NCBI RefSeq assembly: GCF_009914755.1
Contig: NC_060937.1
DNA: 64,000 nt
Direction: 5' to 3' (one strand)
Source: the human T2T-CHM13v2.0 reference genome, Homo sapiens
The notes under the pieces were generated by a model that saw only the letters and a program-made list of their open reading frames with translations, was not told where the DNA came from and searched no databases. Every line of letters begins with the position of its first letter. The stretch's first letter is position 1. This document shows, piece after piece, positions 1 through 14,628 of the stretch. The position numbers and the translations under genes are program-made.

Positions 1-198
1 TCTGCCTGCTTTATATTCTAGCCTTGCTGGCAACTGATTAGATGGTGCCCACCAAGATTTAGGGTGGGTCTGCCTTTCCCTACAAATTAACTGACTCAAA
101 TGTTAATCTCGTTTGGCAACACCCTCACGGACACACCCAGGATCGATACTTTGCATCGTTCAATCCAATCAAGTTGACACTCAGTATTAACCATCACA
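1..198 (-). mobile_element. MLT2A-type (ERVL) LTR, 5' part, cut by window edge
   Basis: Reverse complement begins TGTGATGGTTAATACTGAGTGTCAACTTGATTGGATTGAA, the MLT2A start. Confidence 0.85.
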
Positions 199-199
199 C

Positions 200-1255
200 C
201 ACATCAGTTACAGCATTTCTTCTCTTAAAAGTGTATAAAGTTTGTTTCTGTTCCATATTATCACAAACACTGGTGTTACCAATTTTCATTTTTGTCATTA
301 ATAATCTGTATTAAGTTTGATATTAGATACCATTTAAAATTGTGCCTATGTATTTTCTCTTTTAAAATGCCAATATTTTGCTGATAATTTCTTTTGATTA
401 GTTTGTTTTCTTTCTTATTAATTTGTAGAGTTAGTTTATATACACTGAATTTTTTTTCATTTGTTGATTTTAAGAGTGGAAAATATTTTTTCTAATTGTG
501 TTTAATAATTTTGATAAGCAAAAATTCTCAATTTTTATAAAGTCAAAAGCAATCATTTTCTTAATAATTTTTATATTTTGTTTTAATATATACATATTTT
601 TACTCTAAGTTTATGAAGATAGTAATCATTCCTATTCTCTAAAGCTTGATAGGTTGTCTTTTAAATCTCAGCATTTATTCTCTTTGGAATTAAATACGGT
701 ATATTGTAGAAAGAAAGATCCCAACTTTCTTGTTTATTTACTACCCAAATATCCTAGTATTGTGCATGAGAATGTCTGTTCTTTCCTTGTTAATTTGCAA
801 ACCTCATTTACATATTGTCCCTAGAAGTATGTAGTCTTGTTTCTGAGTTCTTTATTTGATTCCTTCAGTTTCTTTCTCTACTCTGGCAGTACCTAGGAGT
901 CCTAAACACTAAAGCTTCATAGGTCCTGACATGTGGTGGAGAAAATCCTTTAAAAGTTTTCTTCAAGAGTATTGTGCCTAATCTTAGTCTTTCCAATTTC
1001 CAAATATACTTATAACCAGCTTATGTTCCATTTTAAAAAATATTATTATTATTTTAAAATTTGTTTGAACACATGGAATCATTTGGGGAAGAAACTACAT
1101 CTTTATACTATGAAGTATTTCAATCTGTAAACATACTCAACACTTTTCTAATAAAAATCCATCTATGTTATAACTTTCTTCTTCATGTCTTACATGCTTT
1201 TGTTAGATTTATCACCTGGTACTTAATAATTTAAATTGCTTTTAAAAGTATATTG
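200..1255 (-). mobile_element. Ancient degraded L1M fragments
   Basis: T-rich sequence with remnants of antisense L1 ORF2 3' region; boundaries approximate. Confidence 0.55.
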
Positions 1256-1257
1256 TT

Positions 1258-1543
1258 TATTTTTTTCTTTTTCTTTTTCTTTTTTTTTTTTGAGATGGAG
1301 TCTCACTCTGTCACTCAGCTGGAGCGCAGTGGCAAAATCTTGGCTCACGGCAACGTCCGTCTCCCAGGTTCAAGCAATTCTCCTGCCTCACCTCTCAAGT
1401 AGCTGGGATTACAGGTGTGAACCACTATGTCCAGCTAATTGTTATATTTTTAGTAGAGATGGGGTTTTACCATGTTGCCCAAGTTGATCTCGAACTCCTG
1501 ACTTCAAATGATCTGCCTGCTTCGGCTTCCCAAATTGCTGGGA
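1258..1543 (-). mobile_element. Alu (S/J-type), slightly 5'-truncated
   Basis: poly-T then GAGATGGAGTCTCACTCTGTC ... CCCAAATTGCTGGGA. Confidence 0.95.
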
Positions 1544-1689
1544 ATACATTCAATATATTGTTTAAAAATAAATTTTACTTTCTACTTTTTAGAATTAGAA
1601 AGTGACAGTTGTTTGTAGATAAAAATATAACATTTTTTACGTTGTCTTTGTATCCTCCAGCTATTTGCCACACTTCTTAATTCTTGTAT

Positions 1690-1808
1690 GTTTTCTAGCT
1701 CCCATTCTGTGTGTGTGTTATCTGTTCACTCTACTGATTGTTTCCTTTGCTGTGCATATATTTTTAGCTTGATGTGATCCCATTTGTCTATTTTTGCTTT
1801 GGTTGCAG
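1690..1808 (-). mobile_element. L1 ORF2 fragment
   Basis: CTGTTCACTCTACTGATTGTTTCCTTTGCTGTGCA...CCCATTTGTCTATTTTTGCTTTGGTTGC. Confidence 0.8.
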
Positions 1809-4800
1809 GCCATCTGCTATTTATTGCTGTTAAATTTCTTTTTCAGAGAGGGCTTTTATTTTCCCATGTCAAATGTATGAGGTACCATTTTAAACTAAAT
1901 AAACTGAAGAGTCTTTGACAGACTGGTGATAAATATATCACAAATATATTAAATATGCAGCTTAATATTGTATCCTTCATTGAATGTATCAGTGAAATAT
2001 TAGACATTGTCCTGTTTTATTCCCCCTTAATTTTTTGAAATGTCTGAATTGTCAGAGATTTCTTACACAATAGCTTAGCTGATAAATGAAAAAAGTAAAT
2101 ATTATCCTCACTGATATCTCAATAAACAGCAGACATTGTTACTTCTTTTATTCATAATCTTTGTTTCAGAATATTTTTGTTAGTAAGTTTAATATCAATG
2201 ACTCAAACTCGTATTTATTCATATTTTATAATCTCTGTGGTTGATTTTAGTTCATATTAAAGGTTACAATATTGAAAAGACTAATTAAATTACCTACAAA
2301 TGATTAAATGATGAAAGATAAAAACAGAGACAAATTATTTACTTTAGCACATATAGGATATACTTCCTACACATAAAAATCAAATAATTAACTGTTTATT
2401 AAAAAATCCAAGCAGAAAAAGTTCATCTGACAAATGAACAATTGATGAGTTAGAATAAATGAAACTATTTTAGCCACAGATATTTAAGAACGTTCAAAAC
2501 AGCTAAAGAAATCATTTTTAATCTGTAGTATATCAATCCTCATTGTAAAATATGGAAAGCTCAGGCTAAAATTAACTTCAATGTTTATTCAAACACATAT
2601 ATAAAGCATACTATTATGGATTTATATAAATAAAATAAATATACCACATTAAAAAAGTAAGAGAGAAAAAAACCCACATGAAAGGATTGATTCATTCATT
2701 TATTTTCTGAGAATTGAAGTTTCATCAATACAGCAAAGTAACAGAAATGAGGAAATTTAAAATCTGGGATGTTACAAGGAAAAGGTCTGAATAACTAAAA
2801 TCTTTTGGAATCAGTAAACCAGAAAGGGTAAGCTTTTGGGAAAATAGCCTTAATATAAGCATCCCTCAAGCATTACTTTAACTTATAGTATAATGCTTTT
2901 TACTTACATTTTCTGCATTATTGTGACTTTTTGAAAAACATGAATTCAAAGAATCATAGGTCAAATTATGCATTTAAAAATAATTTAATATATGCTAAAA
3001 TTATGTATGTTTGATATATAGTGTGCTTAAATTATTGATAAGCCACTGTAAGAAATTTGGTGCTCCCAAATACCAGCAAGTGGCTACCTTGCCCAAGAGA
3101 TAAGCACTTTCTGTTGCCTAAAGTTTTAAACATTTCGGAAAGTACTAGCCAGACCATAAATGTATTGATGAAAAAACAATAAAAATAGTTAAATTGTAAA
3201 ACTAATGAAGTGTCCTGTGCAACTTTAGGTATAACCAATTATAATAGGGCTGAGGCAACTGTAAATCAAAAACACGAGGTTTATCCAAAGCACTCAGGCT
3301 TCCAAATAGGATATAAGAGTCAACCATCTGAATCTCTCTCTGTGCACTGAACTGACCTGGGGACTGTCGCATGAACCGTGCAGTGGCTACATCTTTTTGT
3401 GCAGACTTTGGGAAAATGATAGAACACATGTCCCATAAATGCATCAGCTGGGACCCATAAGTGCATTAGCTGGGAATGAATGGTGGTCTAGGCATGGAGA
3501 AGAAACTTTCTACCCGCTTTCCCCTCTTCATTACTCACAGTTGCCACTTAGCTTGCTGATGGAAAACAAATGATAGCCATTGAAAGTGAGTTGTGTTGTG
3601 CCTTGCTATTTCAACAACATGAAACCAGGTCGTTGTTTTGACCCTGAAGCATAATGCCTCAGAATAAAATACTTATACCAGAAAAATAGTTCAAATTTCA
3701 AAATATAAGTAAATGTGTCCAATATAATTTATAATTTAACAATCCACCAATGTGATTCAAACCTTATAAAATCAATCAAGCACCATTCCAGAAATTCTGA
3801 AAATCAATTAAAATTCTAAAATTTTGAAAGATGAATTACACAATTATATTAATTAATTCTAACTAATTTTAGAAATAAAAATGTATTATATATTTTAAAA
3901 AGAAAAAGAAAAATTAACTTTTTTCTTTGGAAAGAGATGAATATGTGATAAAACAATGGTATGTAGGGATTTCAGAAAAGGATCCCAGAGTTCCCCTACC
4001 TTTTTGGAGCTATGTACATTCAAGGTCATTGACTAATGAATTTCATACAAAATATGCATCCTTCTAAGTAAACCAGCTGAGAACGATATTACTGCATTCA
4101 AGTTTTTATAATCATTCTATAATTAAAGTCCCAATGTATGTTCAAATGAGCACATCTCAACTTTGTTTTAACCTATGATCCATTTTGGTAAACATCAAAC
4201 TCTTATGTTCTCCATTAATGTCATTTGAGTTTCAAAATAAATTAGGTATTGTCACCAAGAGCATGTCAAATCAATGATAATATTAGTAAAAAATATTATA
4301 ATGTGAAAAATAAGATCATTCTGTGCTTAAGGTCTACTTGTTTGGCACAAGGTTCACTGTCCTAGGAAGTGGAGAAGTTTAAATACAATATAGGTCACTT
4401 TCAATGTCAAGTCTGTTTTATTATTTAGTTTCCAAGTTAAAATTTTATCATAAAATTTGTTTGACTTTTTACTTCTACACTGATTAACAAAAGATATTAG
4501 TCCTGAGATTCACTTTTGTTATTCTGTCCTTGGAAGTTGCTCCTCTTTCTTTGTCTATGAAAAAATCAAAGTACTCATAAATGGTTCCCTCTGTTGTTTC
4601 AAGACAGTATCAGTACTCTGCACTAATACACTATATCTGTTCTTATATACTAATTAGGTACAGCCATAATAAATAGATTAAAGAACAAGTTTAATTATGA
4701 GAGAAGGCTTCTCAGACATACACACAAAAAGTGTGTCTAGCAATAATATATTTTGCATGATATGCCAAATAAGCTGATGAGATTTAACCTTACAGAGGCT

Positions 4801-5784
4801 TTAGAATTTAAAACAAAAGAATGTTAAAAAAAAAAAAAAAATGAAGGAAGGAAAGCAGAAAGGAAGAATGGAAGCTCATCTTTTTATAAAAATAATTTAC
4901 GTATCAAAGAATGCCCAAACCTGAGCTGCAAAGGTTAGAGAAATGAAAATCAAGTTTGTCTTTTTGGAGTCTTTTTTAAAATCATCGTTCCAATTTGTTC
5001 TTAATACTTACTTTAAATTTACCAAAACAACAATGAATTTTCCAGGAGACTTCATTAAAGGAACAAAACAAACAGTAAAATTTTACACAAAGAGGCAACT
5101 TTATGTGCTAATAAGGGTATAATATTTGAGAAAATAAAAATGCTTCAAACATAGCATTTATATAAGAAACTGCTATTGATATCACAATGGTAATTATTTT
5201 AGATCACTACATGGTGACAAAATAGTGACTGCCTTTTCCCTGTAGCTCCATACCCCAATTCAACATTTCCATATCTACCAAGGTTAAATGTGCACGAGTT
5301 CCTACATTTTTGCAGTTCACCAGAGACAGGAAACACAGATGTAAGCAGATGTAAAGGACACTGAAGCTGTGTGCATAGGCTCTGGGGAAAACCTGGCTCA
5401 TATACATTCATGTGGTTTGATTTTATTTTGTTTTTAAAATGCTTGATTATATTTAGGGCTTAAACTGAAGGAAATGGGCCTGCTTTTATACCTAAGGGCG
5501 TTGATACATCTTACAATATTTTTTTGCTCAAAGGTAAGAAAATACTTCACTCAACTTTGTAGCTAGGATCATGCTATTACCCATTAGCAACAGAACATGA
5601 AGTAATATTTAGCATATCTTCAACCACAGCATGGAGATGTGCTAACATTGGGGTCCTCTCTAGATGTAAATGTATTTAAATAAAATAAAATCATAAAGTG
5701 TTAGTAAATAAATATTTTAATTATCCCAGTAACTTTATAAAATAATCCATTGTCTCTCTGTATCTGGAGAGGTCTTGGTGAGGA

Positions 5785-5975
5785 TAATATAAGATTGGAA
5801 TCAGAAACCAGGAGGGAAAGCCTCATTGAAACACACTGGTGTATGATTTCAGGTATACCGTTTAATTTTTAAATATTCATTCTCATCTATCAAATAAAGG
5901 GGTTGGTGCTTAACTTATAGGCATATTTTGAGAAGTAAGTGGAAAAGACATGTGCAACTCCTTCATACACTGATG
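5785..5975 (+). mobile_element. MIR fragment
   Basis: Degraded core TTCTCATCTATCAAATAAAGGGG...AACTTATAGG. Confidence 0.55.
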
Positions 5976-6329
5976 AGTTCATATTTATTTTTTTAGGGCA
6001 AATTAATCCCCCTAGAACATTTCCAATAGTAAAATTTCAACTGAGTATCACTTCTGGTATTTTTCAGTTATATTCATTAAATAACTTTTCAAAAGTTTAA
6101 ATATCTGTTCTCACCTACACTATTATTTCTCTTACATAGCTTATATAAGTTAATAGTACCACAATCTACTTTTCAAAAATTTCCATCATTAAAAAGAATA
6201 TCTTCCACTATCTTACCTGCCTATTCTTCCTTTAGCTTCTGACTCTAGTCATAGGGAATTTTTTCCATCCTTCATATTCATATTATTTCCAACTTCTTTA
6301 ATTTCATTCATACTCTCCTACCTGTGCAT

Positions 6330-6530
6330 CACTCTAGTACTTTAAATTACTTTGCAAAATATTGTCTTAGCATATCCATATTCCAATTATCTCTTTACGT
6401 GTTTGTTTCTTTACATAGATGTTAGTTCTCAACAGTGTAAAGAATATGGCTCATTAAGTTTTGCATCTCCAGTGTTTAAAACATTGCTTGAAACACAGTA
6501 GTTATTCGATAAATATATGTTGAACTAAAG
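6330..6530 (+). mobile_element. L2 3' end
   Basis: TTTGCATCTCCAGTGTTTAAAACATTGCTTGAAACACAGTAGTTATTCGATAAATATATGTTGAA resembles the L2 terminus. Confidence 0.65.
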
Positions 6531-7812
6531 TACTTAAGGCTATTTTTGACACATATGTCAAAATTAAAAATTAAATGTCTGGTTTATGAAAATGAAGAAA
6601 AGTTCAATTTTGAGTTCTCCTTTAGTTTAACCTAATATTTAAATTAAAATACGTTTCAAAAAGTAGAAATATTTCTCCTGTAACAATATGTTTGGAATAC
6701 ACAGAAAGGACAGAAAAGAAATGAAATGAATATACCTTGGGCAAAATAATAAATGCCTTTTCAGATTTCAAAGTTACCATTTATTTTCCAAATTCTTATG
6801 ATGCACCCATGTGCCTACAAAATCTAACTGCAATACTTATAACAGGTAGATGGTTATGTAAAAATTGCAACCTAGCGGAATTATTTATTAATCAGTGACA
6901 AAGGTTTTAGCAGCTCTGTGGTATGTTGTTTTTATTTTACTGAACAAGATAAATTAATAAAATAATCAGAGTAGAATTAATTTATGGTAACCACATAATA
7001 TGTTAAATACTATGTTGTATTGGTTAAATGTCACTTTGTGTGAACTTTATTGTATTTGATAATTTAATTTCTTAAATTAAGTTTTCTTCAAACACTATCT
7101 TATTACTTTGTGATTTCCCCTAGGATCCAACATGAGAAAGAAAATCTATTTCTTAAATTTATAAGCATAGAATTAAAACATATTTAATGAGTTGATAAAT
7201 ACATCTGACATGGATCTCTTACACAATTAAACTTCAATAAAGTTTTGTAACATATTTGATACTTAGGTTTTCAATTTTCATTTGCCTAATTTAAACATAC
7301 ATGATAGCCTTTCTCACAACAATTTAAATTGTGTTTTGAAAATATTTTTTTCATCTAAATTTTATTTTGGAATGAAAAGACAAGAAAGAAGGCATGTCTG
7401 TTTAGATACATACTATATGTGTATATATATATCTCATAAGTTCTTATTTTCATACTAATCTTAAGTACATTTAAGACGAATGATAAAACACATATTTGTG
7501 TATTGATGGTGGTCTTATTTCTATTTCTACTAGCAAGAAAAAATATAACTGAATTGAATATCCTACAAGACTTAATGATATTAAAGAAAATATATGATAG
7601 AATATATTACAATAAAAATATATAATGAATATATAAAGGGGAAAACAAAATTTCTGTAGTGCTGTAAATCAGAACATTTAAATGTTTGGACTAAGCAGAT
7701 ATTGAGAAAGCAGAAGGCTATTAGGAAATATATTAGCAATAAGACATAATTAATCTCTTTTCTCTTAGAGACTCTCATTTTATCTATCTTTTTCTATATC
7801 TACATAGATATA

Positions 7813-7852
7813 TGAGAGAAAAAAAGAGAGAGAGAGAGACAGAGAGAGAGAG
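7813..7852. repeat. (GA)n microsatellite
   Basis: Direct reading. Confidence 0.85.
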
Positions 7853-8851
7853 GGGGGATAGATATAACCATTCACCTTGCTAGTTATCCAAAAGGTCAAA
7901 ATGAATAAAAGTGGTAGACAAATTTGGAAATTATGATCAATTATGTTACTAGTTACTGTTGCTCTTAGTTCTGTGCTGTAGCTTTCTCATTCAAAATAAG
8001 TGACTGAGATTTGGCTGGACTGAAAAAATTTAGAAAGCAATATTACCTGAAATAAATTGTGTGTAAAGTTTAACACAAGAATTATTCTTAGCAAAACAAA
8101 AATCATGACAAATTTTAGTATACTGTACATTCAAAGTCACAGTACTTTGTATCATTTAATTTTCTAAAAGTAAGGCATAATTTTTAGGTATATTCCAATA
8201 TCACAAATTGGCAAGAAATCCAGCATTATTACAGTCAATTCCTTAATTTAAATAAAGTCATCTTTCTCAAATACAGATTTCCTTGAAACATCAGATTGTG
8301 TAACCAATATACACATGAAATTGATAATATTTTATAAAATTTGCTTTAGCTCATTCTTATAGAAAAAGTATACTTATTTTGTTTGTAAATAGCTGTACTC
8401 CATGAAACAAAGTATAAGACATATTACATACATGTACATAATTTTCTGGAAATGTATTAAGGATAAAATGAGTTTTTTTCAAATTTTAATGATTAATGCC
8501 AAGTGTTAAATACTTGCAATGTATACTATTCTGAGATACTTATAGATCTGAATAAAAGAAATCTAATGAAGTATTAAAATTGAAGCATTGCAAATCCAAA
8601 CAATACACAGTTGCATGCTATAATCTAAGTTTTAAAATTACTAAGTAGTATACACACATTGTTTCTTTGTTAAAATCAGAAATTTGAATATATGAAAATG
8701 AATTTGCAGAGAGAAGTTTGAGGAATACAACAAATGTCTTAAGGGAATTAAAAAGTGAAAATCTCAACCAGTACTTTATAATGTCCTTAAGTCTTCTATT
8801 ATAGAAATGCCATTTTTAATGATTGTAACTGTTACTTCTATTACAATTATT

Positions 8852-9140
8852 ATGTATTTATTTATTTTGAGACAGAGTCTTGCTATGTGGCCCAGGCTAG
8901 AGTGCAGTGGCACGATCTCAGCTAGGTTAACATCCTAGGTTCAATTGATTCTTGTGCCCCAGCCTCCAGAGTAGCTGGAATGACAGGTGCAAACCACCAC
9001 GCCCAGCTAATTTTTGTATTTTTAGTAGAGATAGGGTTTCACCACAGTGGCCAGGCTCATCTCAAACTCTTGACCTCAAGTGATCCACCAAACTTAGCCT
9101 CCCAAAGTAGAATTACAGGGGTGAGCCACCACACTGGGCC
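8852..9140 (-). mobile_element. Alu (S-type)
   Basis: Full dimer; flanks share CAATTATTAT (TSD). Confidence 0.95.
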
Positions 9141-9926
9141 TGCAATTATTATTTAATGTGAGATTTAAATAGCTGTTTAGAAAAATATACATGGGAAATT
9201 TGATAATTGTTTAAGTCATTTTTTTAGAATCCTTGAAGGTGTTTAAGTACTGTTTATTCAACATTTAGAAATTATAATAATATAGAAGAAATGGCTTATT
9301 GTACTGTACAACCTAATATATTTATTCTACTTAAAAGGAAGATTCTTAATACTTCTTTCTGATATCTACATATACCATGGATAAAAGTCTATAAGTATGA
9401 TAGATACTTATGTATTTTTTCTACCACAGTCAATGAGAAATGTTAAATTCACATTTGACACTTGCTTCCATGGGTTTGCATCAGCAATAGGGGTAAAATC
9501 TCCTTTAATCACACTTACAACTACATTTTTATCTTTCTCACTCAAGAAGGTATATGTAAAATCAAATGAATAAGACCAACTTAATGATAGGGAAAATCCT
9601 ATCTCCTAATTTGTTCTTATACAATACACTTTGCTATTTTATCTTGTTTTAAAAGTGAGCCCATATGGTATAAGCCATAATTGATTGAGACATTTTAATG
9701 GGTGATGCTCGATTGTCTTAATACAGAGTGTGTGCAACAGATCTGATACAGTAGACAGAATTGTTGCGCATTATGGCAAGGGTGACTTTTTCCCCTCCAT
9801 CTCTCTCACTTAAAACGAAGGATATTTAAAAGAGAAATGTCTTCTCAAGTTTAAATGTTGAATTTGTTTCTAAGTTATTATAATTATTATCCATATTATT
9901 ATATTAATATTGTGATTTCATAATAA

Positions 9927-10246
<320 letters not shown>

Positions 10247-10261
10247 TTTTATTAAGTTTTA

Positions 10262-10760
10262 ATATTTATTAGGTATTATTTTATGCTCAAGACACCGTTC
10301 TAAAAATTTTATAAATGATTGTTATTTAATCACCATAGTAATGCTAAATGTGCTCAAAACTACTTAAACACTGGCAGAGCCAAGATTCAAACCTAGGCAG
10401 TTTCACTCAATAACTACTGTTTTCAACCACAAAACACTATCAAATAATAAGCAGTTATTATGTATTGCATGATATAGATTCTTACGAATGTATGAAGTCA
10501 TTTAAGGGAGTCCATAAAAAAATTTAATACTTATTGAACTCTTATCAAATTTGTCAATTAGTGTGTTATTTGATCCTTACACTAGCTCTAAAAACCACCT
10601 TCTATAATTAGGCTAATCTTTACAGATACGAAAATAATTTTAAAATAGAGATGTTACAAAAGTTGACCAAAGTGTTAGGAACTTGCCTAAGATAAAAAAG
10701 CTAGTAAAAGGCAAACTTGCCTTTGAACCCTGGCCTATAATTCCAGAATACATGTTCATA
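10262..10760 (-). mobile_element. Two MIR fragments
   Basis: GGCAGAGCCAAGATTCAAACCTAGGCAG (~10373-10400) and AACTTGCCTAAGAT...CTAGTAAAAGGC...TTTGAACCCTGG (~10680-10733). Confidence 0.65.
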
Positions 10761-12079
10761 TTCATTGTTAGTGTGACATATAACCAAGAGAGCTGACATG
10801 GCACAAATGGTGCCTTTTAAGTTCATAACAATTTGAGGTAACATTGTGTTTATTATCATGAGGAAGCATAAGATTAGGTATGCATATGCATATAGGATCA
10901 GCAATACATTTCTTATTTTGAATTAATGTTAATGAATTGATAGGTAATTCAGATTATCTGTATGTTGATAATTGTACTTATTTATGTAATGCAAAGCACT
11001 AAAGTCAGAGTAGAACTGCACGCTTTGTTGGAACCAGTATATGAATGTTACTGGGCAATTCACAGCAGGACTAGCAGCTGGTTGTTTTGCCTCCACTTTT
11101 TTAAGATCTGTTCATTTCTTTCAAAGATGTGCTGTTGCTCCTAATCAAACATTTCCTCAAACATCACTCACAATATGGGTTTCTCTAAATAAACATGAGT
11201 CTCTCATTGCTTAGTATTATATAAAATATATATTTTAAAAATAACTAATTTACACAGGTTCTAACTATGTACATCTCTCATGTCATTTTAATCAGTTTTA
11301 TGGTTTGCTATCATAGATGATGTTATTAACTATTATCTTAAGAGTATAATCATAATTTTCCTCAAATAATTTCAGGGAAATTACTCCCAATCTATATCCT
11401 ATTTACAATGTGTGTATGTCATATAATTTTAAAAAGTATACATGTATTTTTTGCAAAGAACTAAAAGTAAGAATTAAAACATGAACATTGCCTCTGTATG
11501 AGAGCTATGCCATTTGACATCTCTTTCTTCATTTTTCTTTCCAATCGGAAAAAAAGTGTTTAAACTTCAAGGAAAAGGAATCTTCTACTTGCTTGATGGT
11601 ATCTTTCTATTTAAAGATACTTAGTTATTTTCACCCAGAGCTTTCACGGCATTTTCACACTATCTCATCAGCTAGTCAATAAAGAATTATGCGCAGAGCT
11701 ATAATTCTTTTTTTTTAACTTTTACATGTTTTTTTCTAAATTGAGCCATGATTCACACTTTTGTAATATAGGCCTTGATTTATAAACTCAAACCCAGATG
11801 TTTGATATTTCTCCATATAGTTTTGTTAAGCATTGCATCTATTTTACACTTCAGATCAGGAGTATAGACTCCATGGAAACTTAGATAAGTCCTATCTTCA
11901 ATGATCTTTTTAACATTTCTCACATGGAATGAGAAAATTATTCTATTTCATATGTTGCTTAACCAAAATATGAAAAGTTTAATATTTTGATAAAGTACTT
12001 TTCATAATGGCTATGCTAATTGTAATCTGTGGAAGCTTGGTGAAGTAACATACATATTTTTCAAGAATTACTCTTCCCT

Positions 12080-12423
<344 letters not shown>

Positions 12424-13062
12424 TTAGCTAGTTAGATCTCTAATATTTTTAATTTTATAATTTTGAATAAATGTACGCACTATATTCACATCTCAAAAAG
12501 CTACAAAAAGAAAATCAACCAAACAAAAACCATAAAGGAAAAAAAGTAAAATAGAAGACACTAGTGAAAAAGCAACAAAATGCAATAGAGAAAATGACAA
12601 TGCTAATATGTTTATCAAATTGATAAATTATAAAATCTGATCAAAAAAAGAATCCAAATAATCACCACCAAAATGAATGGGAAAAAATAAATTTATTTAT
12701 CAGTTTTTTTTGCCAATAATTTGTCTGTATAGAGTAATTCCTCAGAAATGCTAAATCTTATGGAAAAGGAATGGGAAATCTGACACGATGTATTTTATAA
12801 AAATGAATTCATTATTTAATAAACAATTAGAAAATTCCAGGTCCAAAGGGTTTCTAATAGATATCTTCTATATTTTTAAAAAGAAATAACATCAATCTTA
12901 CAATTTTTTTTTTCAGATTTTAGCAAGTAACTAATTTTATGTAACCAACATAACGTTTACATCAGAAGTTGACAAGCATAATACAGAACTCAAAAAAAAT
13001 CCTTATGAATATCTCTCATGAACATGAATGCAAAACTTCTTAATTACATTTTAATAAATCAA

Positions 13063-14628
13063 GCAAAGAACTTAGAGCTACCATTCAAACCAGCAATCCC
13101 ATTACTGGGCCTATACCTAAAGGAAAATAAATTATCTAACCAAAAAGACACATGCATTCGTTACATTAATTGCTGTGCTATTTACAATAGCAAAGACATA
13201 AAATCAACACAGGTGCCTATCATTCTTAGATTGGATAAAAGAAATGTAGTACATATACACCATGGAATACTATGCAGTCATAAAAAGTAAAATCATGTAT
13301 TTTGCAGCAACATGGTTGGAGCTGGAAGCCATAATCCTAAGCAAACTAATGCAGGAACAGAAAACCAAATACCACATGTTCTCACTTATAAGTAGGAGTT
13401 AATGATAGAGGTAAGAGACAGACAAATTCCTAGGCAGACAGGGGCGGGTACCCAGTGAAACCTGGCATTCAAACCAAAGGACAATTTAGAGCCTGAAAAC
13501 CGAGCTGCTGGTTCCTGATAGAGTCCACAACCAGAGTGAGAACTTCTATTCCTGTTTGCCCACTCTTTCCCAATTGGCTCTTTCTGAATAACATTTTTTA
13601 ACCAATAGAATGTTACCTTTCCCAAGGTTAGCTACAGCCCACGCCTCCTCATTCCAAACCTACAAAAACCCCAGACTCAGCCTCACAGGCGGCTACCCAC
13701 TTTGGGGTCTGCTCTCACACAGAGAGCTACCCACTTTGGGTCCCCTCTTATTGTTGAGAGCTTTTCTGTTGCTTAATAAAATTCTTCTCTCCCTTGCTCA
13801 CTCTCCAGTGTCCACATAGCTCCTTTCTTCTTGGTTGTGGACAAGTACTCGGAACCGCTGAACGGCAGGAGCGAAAAAGGGCTGTAACATACTCCTGTCT
13901 GGCTTCTCAAGCTGTGGACAGCATGAATGAAAAGCGCTGTGACACACTCCCATTTGCCGGACTATGGGAGTGAAGAGGGTCCAGACCTCGGGACTTCCCG
14001 AGCCAGAGTTATAACACGCCCCTATTAGCCAAGCCATGGGCGGTGGGAATGAGAGCAAGGGAGCTGTGGCATTCCCTGGTGGCTCAGACCTCAGGACTCC
14101 CCGAGGAAAAGCTGTTAACACCCCTTGGGGCTCCGCAGTTGCTGGCATCTCTGTTTTCGGGTGCCACTGTTTCCCCTCCTCTAGACGCCAGTGCACAATG
14201 CAAAAACCTCCTGAGGTATGCCTGGCTCAGCCACGGCCAGCTGTGGAATCCCCGTGCACGCGCGGGATCCAGGCTGGTAGCGCAGCTGAGTGCAGCCTGC
14301 CAGACCGAGCAGACGGAGCAAGCCCAGGGGTTACCAGCCAGGCCCTGGGCAGAGGTAATGGCAGCTGCAGGAATTTCTGGCTGGTGAAGCGGTACCAAAA
14401 GAATCTTGTGTCATTAACATTGAGCATATATAGACATAAATATGGAAACACTAGACACTGTGGACTACTAAAGGGTGAAGTGTGGTGGGGGGCGTTAAAC
14501 TATCTATCAGGTAGTTTACTACCTGAGTGAAAGATCCACACTCCAAACCTCAGCATCATACAGTATTACTATGTAACAAATCTGCACATGTACTTCCTAT
14601 ATCTAGAATAAAATTTGAAATTAAAAAG
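13063..14628 (+). mobile_element. 5'-truncated L1PB-type 3' end, split by an LTR
   Basis: ELPFKPAIPLLG ORF2 C-terminus; 3'UTR continuous across 13402/14418; AATAAA and A-tail at ~14607-14627. Confidence 0.88.
13403..14413 (+). mobile_element. Solo ERV1 LTR (LTR27/LTR28/MER52 group)
   Basis: TG...CA termini, 4-bp TSD TTAA, CCAAT boxes, AATAAA at 13775, GC-rich 3' portion; exact subfamily uncertain. Confidence 0.85.

Noticed and set aside
3202-3444. 80-aa minus-strand ORF in unique sequence
   Set aside because: No recognisable homology or splice context; length expected by chance
13798-14530. Several overlapping ORFs of 74-164 aa on both strands
   Set aside because: They lie in the GC-rich part of an LTR where stops are rare; no recognisable protein
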